DNA from: Thermotogota bacterium
GTDB lineage: Bacteria > Bipolaricaulota > Bipolaricaulia > UBA7950 > UBA9294
Reading direction: 5' to 3'
DNA length: 41,402 nucleotides
NCBI GenBank assembly: GCA_039679545.1
Contig: JBDKUT010000062.1
Coordinates: 1 to 41,402 of the forward strand
The notes under the pieces are model-generated. The model saw only the letters and a list, made by a program, of their open reading frames with translations. It made no database searches and was not told the origin of the DNA. Position numbers and translations under genes: made by a program. Below are positions 1 through 9,394 of this stretch, piece by piece (position 1 is the stretch's first letter; every line of letters begins with the position of its first letter).

Positions 1-630
1 ATCTACCACCAGCGTCGCGCCAAGGTGCAGGCGCTGAAGGATGCGACGAAGATCCTCGCCAAGACCGGACTCCCCGACGCGGAGGAGAAGTCGAGGAACT
101 ATCCTCACGAGCTGTCCGGAGGAATGCGGCAGCGAGCGATGATCGCCATGTCGCTCACCTGCGAGCCGGACCTGTTGATCGCGGACGAGCCCACGACGAA
201 CCTCGACGTGACGATTGGGCGCCAGATCCTCGACCTCGTCAAGGACCTGCAGCGCGAGTTCGGAGCCAGCGTCCTGTGGATCACGCACGACATGGCGGTC
301 GTGGCTCAGATGTGCGACCGCGTCGGGGTGATGTACGCGGGGACCATCGTCGAGAAGACCGACGTGAGAACGCTGTTCCGAAGCGCCAAGCACCCCTACA
401 CGGAACGGTTGCTCCGCGCCATCCCTTCTGCGGTGAAGTCGGCCGACAAGCTGGAGGAAATCCCGGGCTCCGTTCCGCAGCTGATCCATCCGCCCGCAGG
501 GTGTCGGTTCCATCCGCGCTGCGATCACGTGATGGAGATCTGCAGCCGCGTGAAGCCGCTGGAACTAGAAGTCGAGCCGGGGCACATGGTGGCGTGCCAC
601 CTGTTCGGTGGGGAAAGGGAAGCGACATGA
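1..630 (+). CDS. Oligopeptide/dipeptide ABC transporter ATP-binding protein (OppD/DppD-like), 5'-truncated by window edge
   Basis: Frame is open from base 1. Contains YPHELSGGMRQR signature, LLIADEPTT Walker B, ITHD switch, HPYT and the C-terminal oligoHPY GCRFHPRC motif. Confidence 0.93.
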   Translation: MYHQRRAKVQALKDATKILAKTGLPDAEEKSRNYPHELSGGMRQRAMIAMSLTCEPDLLIADEPTTNLDVTIGRQILDLVKDLQREFGASVLWITHDMAVVAQMCDRVGVMYAGTIVEKTDVRTLFRSAKHPYTERLLRAIPSAVKSADKLEEIPGSVPQLIHPPAGCRFHPRCDHVMEICSRVKPLELEVEPGHMVACHLFGGEREAT

Positions 631-1592
631 CGACCGCGCTGTTTGAGTGTCGGAACCTGACGAAGTTCTTCCCGATCAAGAACCTGTTCCGCGAGACGGG
701 GCGGGTCCACGCGGTGGAGGACGTCAACCTGACGATCCCCGAGGGGGGTACCGTCGGCCTGGTGGGCGAGAGCGGTTGCGGGAAGACAACGCTGGCGCGG
801 ACCATCCTGTTGTTGATTGAGCCGACGTCGGGTCAGATCCTCTTCCGCGGCGAGGACATGGCTTCGCGCTCGAAACGAGACCTGCGGCAGTTCCGCCGCG
901 AGACGGCGATCGTATTCCAGGACCCGTACTCTTCCCTCGATCCGCGCATGCTGATTGCGGATGTCGTCGGCGAGCCGCTCGTGATTCACAAAGTGGCGTT
1001 CGGGGAAGACCGCGACGATGTCGTGCTGTCGCTCTTGGAGCGGGTCGGGCTGAAGGCCGACCACATGTACCGCTACCCGCATGAGTTCAGCGGAGGCCAG
1101 AGGCAACGGCTGGCGATCGCCCGTGCGCTGGCGGCGGACCCGAAGTTCATCCTGCTCGATGAGGCGACGTCGGCGCTCGACGTTTCGGTTCAGGCCAAGA
1201 TCTTGAACATGCTGAACGGCCTCAAGGCCGACCTGCGGCTGACGTACATGTTCATCTCCCACGATTTGAACGTCGTGCGCCACCTGAGCGACCACATCGG
1301 GGTGATGTACCTCGGGCGGATGGTTGAATACGGCACGCGGGCGCAGGTGTTCGACAGTCCGACTCACCCGTACACGCGTGGACTTCTCGCCGCGGCGCCG
1401 AGCTTGGATCCGAACGATCGGGATCGCCCGCGGGAAGTTGTGCTGCAGGGCGAGGTGCCCAGTGCCGTCGAGCCGCCGTCGGGCTGCCGTTTTCACCCGC
1501 GGTGTCCCAACCGAAAGCCGGACTGCGACCGCGTGCGCCCTGAGCTGGTGGACATCGGTGACGGCCACCTGGTAGCCTGTCTTCCAGGATGA
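627..1592 (+). CDS. Oligopeptide/dipeptide ABC transporter ATP-binding protein (OppF/DppF-like)
   Basis: ATG at 627 overlaps the upstream stop (ATGA). Contains GESGCGKT, FSGGQRQR, LLDE, ISHD and GCRFHPRC. Confidence 0.94.
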   Translation: MTTALFECRNLTKFFPIKNLFRETGRVHAVEDVNLTIPEGGTVGLVGESGCGKTTLARTILLLIEPTSGQILFRGEDMASRSKRDLRQFRRETAIVFQDPYSSLDPRMLIADVVGEPLVIHKVAFGEDRDDVVLSLLERVGLKADHMYRYPHEFSGGQRQRLAIARALAADPKFILLDEATSALDVSVQAKILNMLNGLKADLRLTYMFISHDLNVVRHLSDHIGVMYLGRMVEYGTRAQVFDSPTHPYTRGLLAAAPSLDPNDRDRPREVVLQGEVPSAVEPPSGCRFHPRCPNRKPDCDRVRPELVDIGDGHLVACLPG

Positions 1593-1783
1593 AGATCGGC
1601 AGGCGGCGGACGGAAAGGATGGATCTCGCTCGGGGCACGGACGACTCCGGCGCAGAGCGCAAGCCACCGGAGCTATCGCGCAAGGACATCCTGGCGGTGA
1701 TGATCGCGATGTTGCAGCTCTTCCTCCCGTTGATCGTCGGCCTGGTCATCGTCGGCGCCATCGTGGCGCTGATCCTTCGCTGA
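1589..1783 (+). CDS. Small single-pass/hairpin membrane protein, hypothetical (alternative start 1619)
   Basis: ATGA overlap with the preceding ABC gene. Strongly hydrophobic C-terminus (ILAVMIAMLQLFLPLIVGLVIVGAIVALILR). Fills the gap before the peptidase. Confidence 0.6.
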   Translation: MKIGRRRTERMDLARGTDDSGAERKPPELSRKDILAVMIAMLQLFLPLIVGLVIVGAIVALILR

Positions 1784-1816
1784 GCGCGCCAAGGCGAATC
1801 CGAAGAAGGAGATGAC

Positions 1817-2998
1817 GTGGACCCGGCCCTTGTCGCACGGAAGTCACATCAAGCCTGTGGGATCCTTAAAGAACTCGGCATGGATTGCTGGCTCGTCTGG
1901 GTCCGCGAAACGATGCAGATACGCGACCCTAGCCTCGATCTCGTCCTCGGAAGCGACGTGATCGCGCAGACCGCCCTCCTCTTCACGCAAGAGGGAGAGC
2001 GCATCGCCATCGCCCAGGAGCACGACGCGGCGGGTTTCCCCGACGGCCTGTTCGATCGTACGATCCCGTACCGGACGGGAATCGCCGACCCGCTTCGGCG
2101 CGAGCTGTCGCGCATCGACCCTCAGCAGATCGCTCTCAACTACAGCGTGGACAACGACGCGGCCGACGGGTTGACGGTTGGGATGTTCGAGCTGCTCCGC
2201 CAGATTCTGGGCGGCACCGACTACCCTCGCCGCTTTGTCTCGGCAGGTCCGGTTGTGGAGCGCCTGCGTGGCCGGAAGCTCCCGGAGGAAGTCGAGCGCA
2301 TCCGCGCCGCCATCTCCATCACGGAGCGCATCTTCAACGATCTGCGGGGGTTCCTCCGAGTCGGCCAGATGGAACGGGAGATCGCAGAGTACGTGCGTGT
2401 CCGAATGCGCGAACTCGGCGTGGGTCCGTCCTGGGACCCGTCGTACTGCCCCGCCGTCGACGCAGGACCGGACAAAGAGTTCGGCCACGCAGGCCCGACA
2501 ACTCTTCGGACGAAGGCCGGGCACCTACTTCACTTCGACTTCGGTGTGAAAGCAGATGGGTATTGCTCCGACCTGCAGCGGATGTACTTCTTCGGCCGTC
2601 GCTCTGAGATCCCGGCCGAGATCCAACACACCTTCATTACGGTACGCGGCGCCATCGACGCAGCGGCCGCGTTCCTCCGTCCCGGTCGGGTCGGTCACGA
2701 GGTGGACGCGGTGGCTCGTGCCCACATCACCGGCGGCGGCTACGAAGAATACGCACACGGGCTCGGCCATCAGATCGGGCGCTTCGCACACGACGGGGGA
2801 ATGCGACTTGCGCCGACGTGGGAACTGTTCGGCCGTCGACCCTTCGGAATCGTTGAACAAGGCAACATCTTCACCATCGAACCAAACGCTATGACACAGA
2901 ATTATGGCCGGGTCAGCCTTGAGGAAGACGTCGTCGTCACCGCCGAGGGGTGCACTTTCCTCTCGCATCCCCAGAGAGAGCTCTTCTGCATCGAGTGA
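1817..2998 (+). CDS. M24 family metallopeptidase (Xaa-Pro aminopeptidase/prolidase-like)
   Basis: RBS AAGGAGA before GTG. Pita-bread-fold metal ligands visible: HFDFG, YCSD, HGLGHQIG, TIEP, EED. Confidence 0.9.
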   Translation: MDPALVARKSHQACGILKELGMDCWLVWVRETMQIRDPSLDLVLGSDVIAQTALLFTQEGERIAIAQEHDAAGFPDGLFDRTIPYRTGIADPLRRELSRIDPQQIALNYSVDNDAADGLTVGMFELLRQILGGTDYPRRFVSAGPVVERLRGRKLPEEVERIRAAISITERIFNDLRGFLRVGQMEREIAEYVRVRMRELGVGPSWDPSYCPAVDAGPDKEFGHAGPTTLRTKAGHLLHFDFGVKADGYCSDLQRMYFFGRRSEIPAEIQHTFITVRGAIDAAAAFLRPGRVGHEVDAVARAHITGGGYEEYAHGLGHQIGRFAHDGGMRLAPTWELFGRRPFGIVEQGNIFTIEPNAMTQNYGRVSLEEDVVVTAEGCTFLSHPQRELFCIE

Positions 2999-3003
2999 CG
3001 TCG

Positions 3004-4095
3004 CTACGCGCAGACGATCGGCTTGTCCTTCGGAAACCGGCTCAGAATCTCCGGCCCCCCCTCGGCAATCAGAACCACGTCTTCGATCCGCACGCCGCCC
3101 TTTCCGAGAAGGTAGACGCCCGGCTCGGCGGTCACCACCATCCCGGGCGCGTAGGCGTCAATCGCTTGCGGACCCGAGGATGCCGGCAGCTCGTGGACCT
3201 CTAGACCAACCCCATGGCTGAGGCCGTGCGTGTACTCCGCGCCGTAGCCGGCTTGCTCGATGACTTCCCGAGCGGCTCGATCGGCATCGGAGCCCGAATA
3301 GCCCGGACGAAGCGCGTCGATGCCGGCGCGGTTGGCTTCGAGGACGACCTCGTAGACCCGACGCATCTGCGCCTCCGGCTCGCCCATGAAGACCGCGCGG
3401 CTGATATCGCTGCAGTAGCCGTCGACACGCGCCCCGATGTCGAACAAGAGGACGTCTCCTCCCCTGATCTCGCGGTGATCCGGACGGTGGTGAGGAAGCG
3501 CGCTCGCGGCACCGCTCGCAACGACCAGTTCGAACGCCACCCCTTCGGCCCCCAGGTGGCGCATCGCGAACTCGAGCTCCAGAGCGAGTTCGCTCTCCGT
3601 GACTCCCGGAGCGACGCTGCGAAGCACGCCGCTGAACGCTGTTTCCGTCACATCCGTTGCCCGTCGGATCGCGGCCACCTCGTCCTGGTCCTTGATCTGG
3701 CGGAGCTCGGCCACCGGGTCGTCGAACACCTCAAGGGCGGTCTTCATCTGGGTCTCGAGGGCACGCGCGGTGTGGAAGCCAAGACGACGCGACGCGACGC
3801 CCACTCGCCTGCACTTGCAGTCATCGACGGCCTCCGCAATCGCCTTCGGGTAGTTCCAGTCGAGGATTCGCCATTCGAGATCGGGGGCGTCCTGCTGTGC
3901 TTGGCCGATGTTGGTGCGCGACGCGAGGGGAATCGTCGCTTTGCGCGTGATCACAAGCGCCCCGCACCCGGGGTACCCGGTCAGATACCGCATCGATGGG
4001 CCATCAGGATCTGTGCCCTCCAGATTCACGACGAGGAAGGCGTCGACGTCCAGGTTTTCCAGAACGCGAAACCTACGATGCGCGTAGTCCGTCAT
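3004..4095 (-). CDS. M24 family Xaa-Pro dipeptidase (PepQ/YqhT-like)
   Basis: MRYLTG N-terminal motif, LRQIKD, ALPHH, LFDIG, YCSD, HGLSHGVGLEVHE, TAEPG, GGVRIED. Start taken at MTDYAH (4095). Confidence 0.92.
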   Translation of the reverse strand: MTDYAHRRFRVLENLDVDAFLVVNLEGTDPDGPSMRYLTGYPGCGALVITRKATIPLASRTNIGQAQQDAPDLEWRILDWNYPKAIAEAVDDCKCRRVGVASRRLGFHTARALETQMKTALEVFDDPVAELRQIKDQDEVAAIRRATDVTETAFSGVLRSVAPGVTESELALELEFAMRHLGAEGVAFELVVASGAASALPHHRPDHREIRGGDVLLFDIGARVDGYCSDISRAVFMGEPEAQMRRVYEVVLEANRAGIDALRPGYSGSDADRAAREVIEQAGYGAEYTHGLSHGVGLEVHELPASSGPQAIDAYAPGMVVTAEPGVYLLGKGGVRIEDVVLIAEGGPEILSRFPKDKPIVCA

Positions 4096-5167
4096 CTTCA
4101 GTTCCTTTCTGTTCTTGAACAAGCCGACGTGGATCCGCCTCACCAGCGGGAGGCTGGGGGGTGGAGCCAAGGAGAAATCCGTCCTTGAGTGGGTCGTCGG
4201 GGTCGATGACGAACTCGTGATGTCCGGTCACGAATGCACGGCCCGAGATCTCAGGAACGACCGCCGCGCAGTCGCCGACCTTCGTCTCCTCGACGATACG
4301 TCCGGTGAGCGTGGTGCCGATCAGGCTCTCGTGGACAAACGGCTCCCCCACCGCGATCTCGTCCCGCGCGTAGAGAATTGCGAGGCGCGCTGCGGTTCCG
4401 GTCCCGCACGCGGACCGATCGATCGCGCCTGGCGGGATCACGACGGCGTTGCGACCGGAGACGCCGGGGTTCTCAGACGAAGCGGTGAATTGTACATGAG
4501 TGATTTCGTCGACCCACGCCAACTCAGGGTGTCGAACGCGAATCCGGCCCCGCGCCGCGTCCCGAAGAGCGAGGCCGACGCGGACGAGATCCGCGGCAGC
4601 TTCGGGAACGAGTCGGAGGCCGAGGCGTCCCGCCTCGACCGAGGCGTAGACGTTGCCGCCGTACGCGACGTCGACGCCCACCCTCCCGAAGCCGGGGATG
4701 TCAACCGGCGTGTCGAGCGTGAAGACGAAGGCAGGGACCGAGCGGAATGAGACTCGCACGGCTCTTCCCCGGTCGATGAGAACTTGAGCGGCAACGAGTC
4801 CGCCGGGCGTATCGAGGACGACCTCGGTCTCTCCCGAGCCACGGACGAAACCAGCCTCCACAAGGGCCGTACAGCAGCCGATCGTATCGTGCCCGCACAT
4901 CGGCAAGTACCCGCCGACCTCGACGAAGATGACGCCGAACTGGGAGCCGCGCTGGCACGGCTCCGTCAGCACGACCGCGGACATGACGCTGTTCCCGCGC
5001 GGCTCGAACGTGAGGGCCGTGCGGATCCAGTCCATGTGCGTGCGAAGGTACAGAGCACGCGCGCTCATGGTGCCGCCGGGGATGGAAGGCAGCCCGGACA
5101 GGATCGTGCGCGTCGGCTCGCCACCGGTATGAGTGTCGATCGTTACGACGCGCTGTCTAGGAATCAT
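4073..5167 (-). CDS. Proline racemase family, Cys/Cys type; probable 4-hydroxyproline 2-epimerase
   Basis: DTHTGGEPTR, EPRG, MCGH and DRSACGTG give two catalytic Cys. Ser rather than Phe in the RGNSVMS segment favours a hydroxyproline epimerase over a proline racemase (inference). RBS GGGAGA precedes ATG 5167. Confidence 0.85.
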   Translation of the reverse strand: MIPRQRVVTIDTHTGGEPTRTILSGLPSIPGGTMSARALYLRTHMDWIRTALTFEPRGNSVMSAVVLTEPCQRGSQFGVIFVEVGGYLPMCGHDTIGCCTALVEAGFVRGSGETEVVLDTPGGLVAAQVLIDRGRAVRVSFRSVPAFVFTLDTPVDIPGFGRVGVDVAYGGNVYASVEAGRLGLRLVPEAAADLVRVGLALRDAARGRIRVRHPELAWVDEITHVQFTASSENPGVSGRNAVVIPPGAIDRSACGTGTAARLAILYARDEIAVGEPFVHESLIGTTLTGRIVEETKVGDCAAVVPEISGRAFVTGHHEFVIDPDDPLKDGFLLGSTPQPPAGEADPRRLVQEQKGTEDDGLRAS

Positions 5168-5201
5168 AGTCTCCCTTTCGGTACCCCCTAGCGCTTGCGA
5201 G

Positions 5202-5230
5202 ACGGTAGGAGCGACGCTTCGTCTTGTCAA
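5202..5230 (-). promoter_or_regulatory. Sigma70-type promoter for the epimerase-prolidase pair
   Basis: Minus strand TTGACA (5225-5230), 17-bp spacer, TACCGT (5202-5207). Confidence 0.6.
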
Positions 5231-5256
5231 GCGTTCCGCCGGAATGGGCACGCAGC

Positions 5257-5285
5257 TTGATGGCCCACGGTATTTTACCTACACT
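5257..5285 (+). promoter_or_regulatory. Sigma70-type promoter for the XRE-cupin regulator (divergent from the epimerase)
   Basis: TTGATG (5257-5262), 17-bp spacer, TACACT (5280-5285). Confidence 0.5.
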
Positions 5286-5293
5286 GCATGAAC

Positions 5294-5896
5294 ATGGAAT
5301 CCGTCGGGCAGCTTATTCGCGACCTCCGCGCCGAGAAGGGATGGACGCTGAAGGAACTCGCTTCGAAGTGCGCGCTTTCAACTAGCTTTCTTTCGCAGGT
5401 CGAGCGCGGACTCTCCTCGGTGTCGATCACGTCTCTTCACGTTATTTGCCAGGCTCTCGGCATGACGCTGGGCGAGTTCTTCCGCCAACTCGGAGACGGT
5501 GCTGGGCAGCCCGAGCCTGGAGGGCAGACGCTTGAGGTTATGAAGGCGAAGGACCAGCGGGCGATCAACCTGTCGGAGGCGTCCATCAAGTATCGTTTCC
5601 TCAGCCGTGAGTTTCCCGGTCGGCAGTTCGAAATCATGCTCGGGGAAATCCCCTCGGGCTACTTCTACCCGCCGTTCCCCCACGAGGGGGAGGAGTTCGG
5701 CTACGTCCTCGAAGGCCAACTCCGACTGACGATCGGCGACGAAACCTACACCCTCGGCCCCGGAGACAGCTACCACTTTGCGGCGTCGACGCCTCACGGA
5801 TACCAGGCGGAGGGCGACGCGGCCGTGCGGATCCTGTGGGTTCAGACCTTGAAGTACTTCCAGACGCGGGACGGGATTCCGGCCGCGTCGACCTAG
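5294..5896 (+). CDS. XRE-family HTH + cupin transcriptional regulator (PuuR/SutR-like)
   Basis: HTH TLKELASKCALSTSFLSQVERG and cupin HEGEEFGYVLEG...GDSYHF...PH. ATG 5294 is preferred over 5288 because 5288 lies only 2 nt past the predicted -10. Confidence 0.9.
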   Translation: MESVGQLIRDLRAEKGWTLKELASKCALSTSFLSQVERGLSSVSITSLHVICQALGMTLGEFFRQLGDGAGQPEPGGQTLEVMKAKDQRAINLSEASIKYRFLSREFPGRQFEIMLGEIPSGYFYPPFPHEGEEFGYVLEGQLRLTIGDETYTLGPGDSYHFAASTPHGYQAEGDAAVRILWVQTLKYFQTRDGIPAAST

Positions 5897-5963
5897 GAGC
5901 CCGTCCAACCGGCGGTACGTCTTGCGAAAGAGGTCATCCCAGTGCATGCCCAGGGGTGGCGTG

Positions 5964-7022
5964 ATGAGCACTCGGCGAGCCCGGAGAGAGGAAGTCGCGC
6001 CAAAGTGGCACCATCGCAAGGGGTGGCGATCGTTTCAGACGGTCGACCTCCACACGGCGGGTGAGCCGCTGCGCATCGCGATCGAGGGGTTTCCGGAGCT
6101 CCGCGGCGCGACGATGCTCGAACGCCGAGAGGATGCGCGAGCGCGCTGCGACGAGCTGCGGCGGATTCTTCTGTGGGAGCCACGCGGGCACGCTGACATG
6201 TACGGGTGTCTCGTCACTCCTCCTGCGAGCAACGACGCGAATTTCGGCGTCCTCTTCATGCACAACGAGGGGTGGAGCACGATGTGCGGTCACGGCGTGA
6301 TCGCCGTGACCACGGCGGCCGTCGAACTCGGATGGGTCGCCGCACGAGAGCCTGAGACAACGGTGCGGATCGACGCCCCGGCGGGACGGATCACAGCCCT
6401 GGCGCGTCTCGAGACCGGAAACGTTCGCGCGGTCCGGTTCCGCAACGTTCCGTCGTTCGTCCTCGCCCTCGATCAGACGGTCGACGTCCCGGGGGTCGGG
6501 CGCATTCGATACGACCTCGCGTTCGGTGGCGCATTCTACGCCTACGTCGACGCCGCGGACGTAGGACTCCGGTGCGTCCCAGGGGAGGTTGACGCCTTGA
6601 TCGCCGCAGGCCGTGCCATCAAGCACGCCGTCGTGGCACAACGGGCGATTCCGCATCCCCTCGACGCCGCCCTCGGCTTCCTCTACGGCGTGATCTTCAT
6701 CGCGCCGCCACTCTCGAACGAAGCAGACAGCCGAAACGTCTGTGTCTTTGCGGACGGCGAGGTCGACCGTAGTCCGACGGGCACGGGGGTGAGTGGGCGG
6801 ATGGCGCTGCACTACGCGCGCGGTGAGGTGGGGCTCGGACAGCCGCTCGTGATGGAGAGCATTCTCGGAACTCGGTTCACGGGCCGCGTTGTTGAGGAGA
6901 CGACGTGCGGAGAGTCCGCCGCGGTGATCCCCGAGGTCGAAGGCTCGGCGCACATCACCGGCTACCACACGTTCGTCGTCGACCCCGAGGATCCCCTCGG
7001 GGAGGGGTTCTTCCTCCGCTGA
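5964..7022 (+). CDS. Proline racemase family, Cys/Thr type; probable trans-3-hydroxy-L-proline dehydratase
   Basis: DLHTAGEPLR, EPRGHADMYG, MCGH and DRSPTGTG, with Thr in place of the second Cys. This is the established signature of t3LHyp dehydratases such as L3HYPDH. Confidence 0.85.
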   Translation: MSTRRARREEVAPKWHHRKGWRSFQTVDLHTAGEPLRIAIEGFPELRGATMLERREDARARCDELRRILLWEPRGHADMYGCLVTPPASNDANFGVLFMHNEGWSTMCGHGVIAVTTAAVELGWVAAREPETTVRIDAPAGRITALARLETGNVRAVRFRNVPSFVLALDQTVDVPGVGRIRYDLAFGGAFYAYVDAADVGLRCVPGEVDALIAAGRAIKHAVVAQRAIPHPLDAALGFLYGVIFIAPPLSNEADSRNVCVFADGEVDRSPTGTGVSGRMALHYARGEVGLGQPLVMESILGTRFTGRVVEETTCGESAAVIPEVEGSAHITGYHTFVVDPEDPLGEGFFLR

Positions 7023-7026
7023 CGCG

Positions 7027-9390
7027 TCAGGCTTCGCTGTGCGCGGTGCGCGCGATGACTTCCTCCTGCAGCGCCCTGTCGAGAGCGTGGAAGTAGTCGC
7101 TGTAGCCCGCCACACGGACGATCAGGTCACGGTACTCCTCAGGATTCTCCTGAGCACGCCGCAGCGTAGCGGAGTCCACGACGTTGAACTGGATGTGGTG
7201 GCCGTCGTACCGGAAGTACGTCCGCACGATCGCCGCCACCTTCCGCAGCCCTTCCTCATCCTTGAGCACATCGGGCAGGAACCGCTGGTTGAGGAGCGTG
7301 CCCCCCGTGCGGACGTGGTCGATCTTCCCCACGGAGCGAATGACGGCCGTCGGTCCGTGCGTGTCGGCCCCCTGCGTCGGCGAGATTCCGTCGGACAAGG
7401 GGATCCCGGCACGGCGGCCGTTCGGCGTGGCGCCGACCTTCTCGCCGAAGAAGACGTGCACCGTGGTCGGCAAGAGGTTGATGCGGTGCGTACCGCCCTT
7501 CGTGTTCGGCCGGCCGTCGATGGCATCGAAGTACGCATCGAAGATCCGCCGGGCGATGTCGTCGGCGCGGTCGTCGTCGTTGCCGAAGAACGGGGTTTCG
7601 TGCACGAGGAGGTTCCGCTCGGCATCGTGCCCCGCGAAGTCCGCCGCGAGAGCTTGAAGCAACCGTTCCATTGACAGGGACTTGCGCACATACACATGCT
7701 CGCGAATCGCCGAGAGGGAGTCGGTCGTCGTCCCCATCCCGACCCCTTGAATGTACGTGGACTTGTAACGTGGGCCCTGGCCGTTGTAGTCCTGGCCCTT
7801 CTCGATGCAGTCGTCGACGAGCACCGAGATGAACGGAGCCGGCATGTGCTCGGCGAAGATCCGCTCAATGCGCCCGTTGCCTTCGATCTTGACGTCCACG
7901 AAGTGCCGAAGCTGTTTCTCGAATGCGTCGAAGACCTGCTCGAAGCTCTCGAACGTGCGCGGGTCGCCCGTGCTCGGCCCGATCCGCCGCCCGCTCTTCG
8001 GGTCCACGCCATCGTGGAGGGCAAGTTCAAGGATCTTCGGCCAGTTCATGTACCCGGTCAGGATGCAGCTCTCCTTCCCGAACGCGCTGATCTCGACGCA
8101 GCCGCTCGGACCGCCGGAGCGGGCATCCCGCAGGCTCTTCCCAACGCGCAGGAACTCCTGGACGATCGCGTCGGTGTTGAAGATCGACGGCTGGCCGAAC
8201 CCCTTTCGAATCACCTCGAGCGCTCGGAGCAGAAACCGATCGGGGCTCTTTTTCGAGAGCTGCACGCACGACCCCGTGTACGGAAGGCGCATTTCCTCGA
8301 TCACGTCGAGCACGAGGTAGGACAGCTCGTTGACGGCGTCGGCGCCCTCCGGTGTCACGCCTCCGACGTTGATCAGGGTGAAGTCGTTGTAGGTCGCGCT
8401 CTGCTCCTCGGTCACGCCGACCTTCGGCGGCGCAGGCTGGTTCGAGAACTTCACCCAGAAGCACTCGAGCAGCTCCTTCGCGCTGTCTCGCGTCAGCCGG
8501 CCTTCGTCGATGTCTCGTCGGTAGAACGGGTAGAGGTTCAGGTCGAGGCGGCCCGGATTGTAGGAGTCCCACTCGTTGAGTTCGGTGACGACGCCCAAGT
8601 GGACGAACCAGTACATCTGCAGTGCCTCGCGGAACGTCCGCGGCGCGTGAGCCGGAACCCACGAGCAAACCTCGGCGATCTCAAGGAACTCGGCTCGACG
8701 AAGCGGGGTCTTCGCCTCGGCCGCCTTCCGCCGCGCGAGATCGGCGTACCGTTCCGCAAGTCGAACCAGCGCGTCGCAAACAATCTCCATCGCGTCGAGC
8801 TCCTCAACCCGCGCCGTACGATCGGGAACGTCGGACGCCCGGAAGCGGTCCCGCGCCGCCGCGACCCGCGCCTTGAAGTCGAGGAAGCCGTGGCGGTAGA
8901 TCTTGTCGTCGAGGATGGCGTGGCCCGGCGCTCGCTGCTCCATGAACTCCGTGAAAACCCCGGCATCGAACGCCGCGTGCCAGTCCTCGGACATGGCCGC
9001 GAACACCCGCTCGCGTAGGCTTTTCCCGGTCCAGAAGGGGACGATCGTCGACTCGTAGAGCTTCTTCGTCGCGTCGTCCACGAGGAACGGTGTCTTCCGA
9101 CGGGTCGAGAGGACGCGTAGATCCTCGAGCGAGTGACAGCACAACTCGGGGTACGTCGACGTCGCACGGGGGCGCGGCCCCCTCTCACCAACAATCAGCT
9201 CGTCGTCACCGATGTAGATCGTCTCGTTCTCGAGGATGTAGCGAAACCCCCGTGCGCGGTGGACGGGCGTCGACTCCTGGACGGATGCATTCTCGCGCTC
9301 GAAGCGCGTCAGAAGCTCTGCACGCTCGCTACTCACGCTCGGACGGGTCGTTACGCATTCGGTTCGCAAGCGCTGGACTCTTTCGTTCAT
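7027..9390 (-). CDS. hypD: Glycyl radical enzyme, trans-4-hydroxy-L-proline dehydratase
   Basis: RVAGY glycyl motif and SGCVE Cys loop. HypD-type segments FTEFMEQRAPGH, ELNEWD, PAPPKVG..S.TY.DF, LTGY and LLPTT match the C. difficile HypD active-site set as I recall it (His, two Asp, Ser, Phe, Cys, Glu, Tyr, Thr); alignment needed to confirm. Confidence 0.88.
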   Translation of the reverse strand: MNERVQRLRTECVTTRPSVSSERAELLTRFERENASVQESTPVHRARGFRYILENETIYIGDDELIVGERGPRPRATSTYPELCCHSLEDLRVLSTRRKTPFLVDDATKKLYESTIVPFWTGKSLRERVFAAMSEDWHAAFDAGVFTEFMEQRAPGHAILDDKIYRHGFLDFKARVAAARDRFRASDVPDRTARVEELDAMEIVCDALVRLAERYADLARRKAAEAKTPLRRAEFLEIAEVCSWVPAHAPRTFREALQMYWFVHLGVVTELNEWDSYNPGRLDLNLYPFYRRDIDEGRLTRDSAKELLECFWVKFSNQPAPPKVGVTEEQSATYNDFTLINVGGVTPEGADAVNELSYLVLDVIEEMRLPYTGSCVQLSKKSPDRFLLRALEVIRKGFGQPSIFNTDAIVQEFLRVGKSLRDARSGGPSGCVEISAFGKESCILTGYMNWPKILELALHDGVDPKSGRRIGPSTGDPRTFESFEQVFDAFEKQLRHFVDVKIEGNGRIERIFAEHMPAPFISVLVDDCIEKGQDYNGQGPRYKSTYIQGVGMGTTTDSLSAIREHVYVRKSLSMERLLQALAADFAGHDAERNLLVHETPFFGNDDDRADDIARRIFDAYFDAIDGRPNTKGGTHRINLLPTTVHVFFGEKVGATPNGRRAGIPLSDGISPTQGADTHGPTAVIRSVGKIDHVRTGGTLLNQRFLPDVLKDEEGLRKVAAIVRTYFRYDGHHIQFNVVDSATLRRAQENPEEYRDLIVRVAGYSDYFHALDRALQEEVIARTAHSEA

Positions 9391-9394
9391 CGTT

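Noticed and set aside
5936..5963. Hairpin possibly sequestering the RBS of the Cys/Thr dehydratase (GTCATCCC...GGGGTGGC)
   Set aside because: An 8-bp stem with G-U pairs is not distinguishable from chance, and the start codon itself is uncertain.
7027..9390. Assignment of the GRE as pyruvate formate-lyase, choline TMA-lyase or diol dehydratase
   Set aside because: It has the single-Cys SGCVE loop (not the PFL Cys-Cys), HypD-type substrate-pocket segments and a hydroxyproline gene context.
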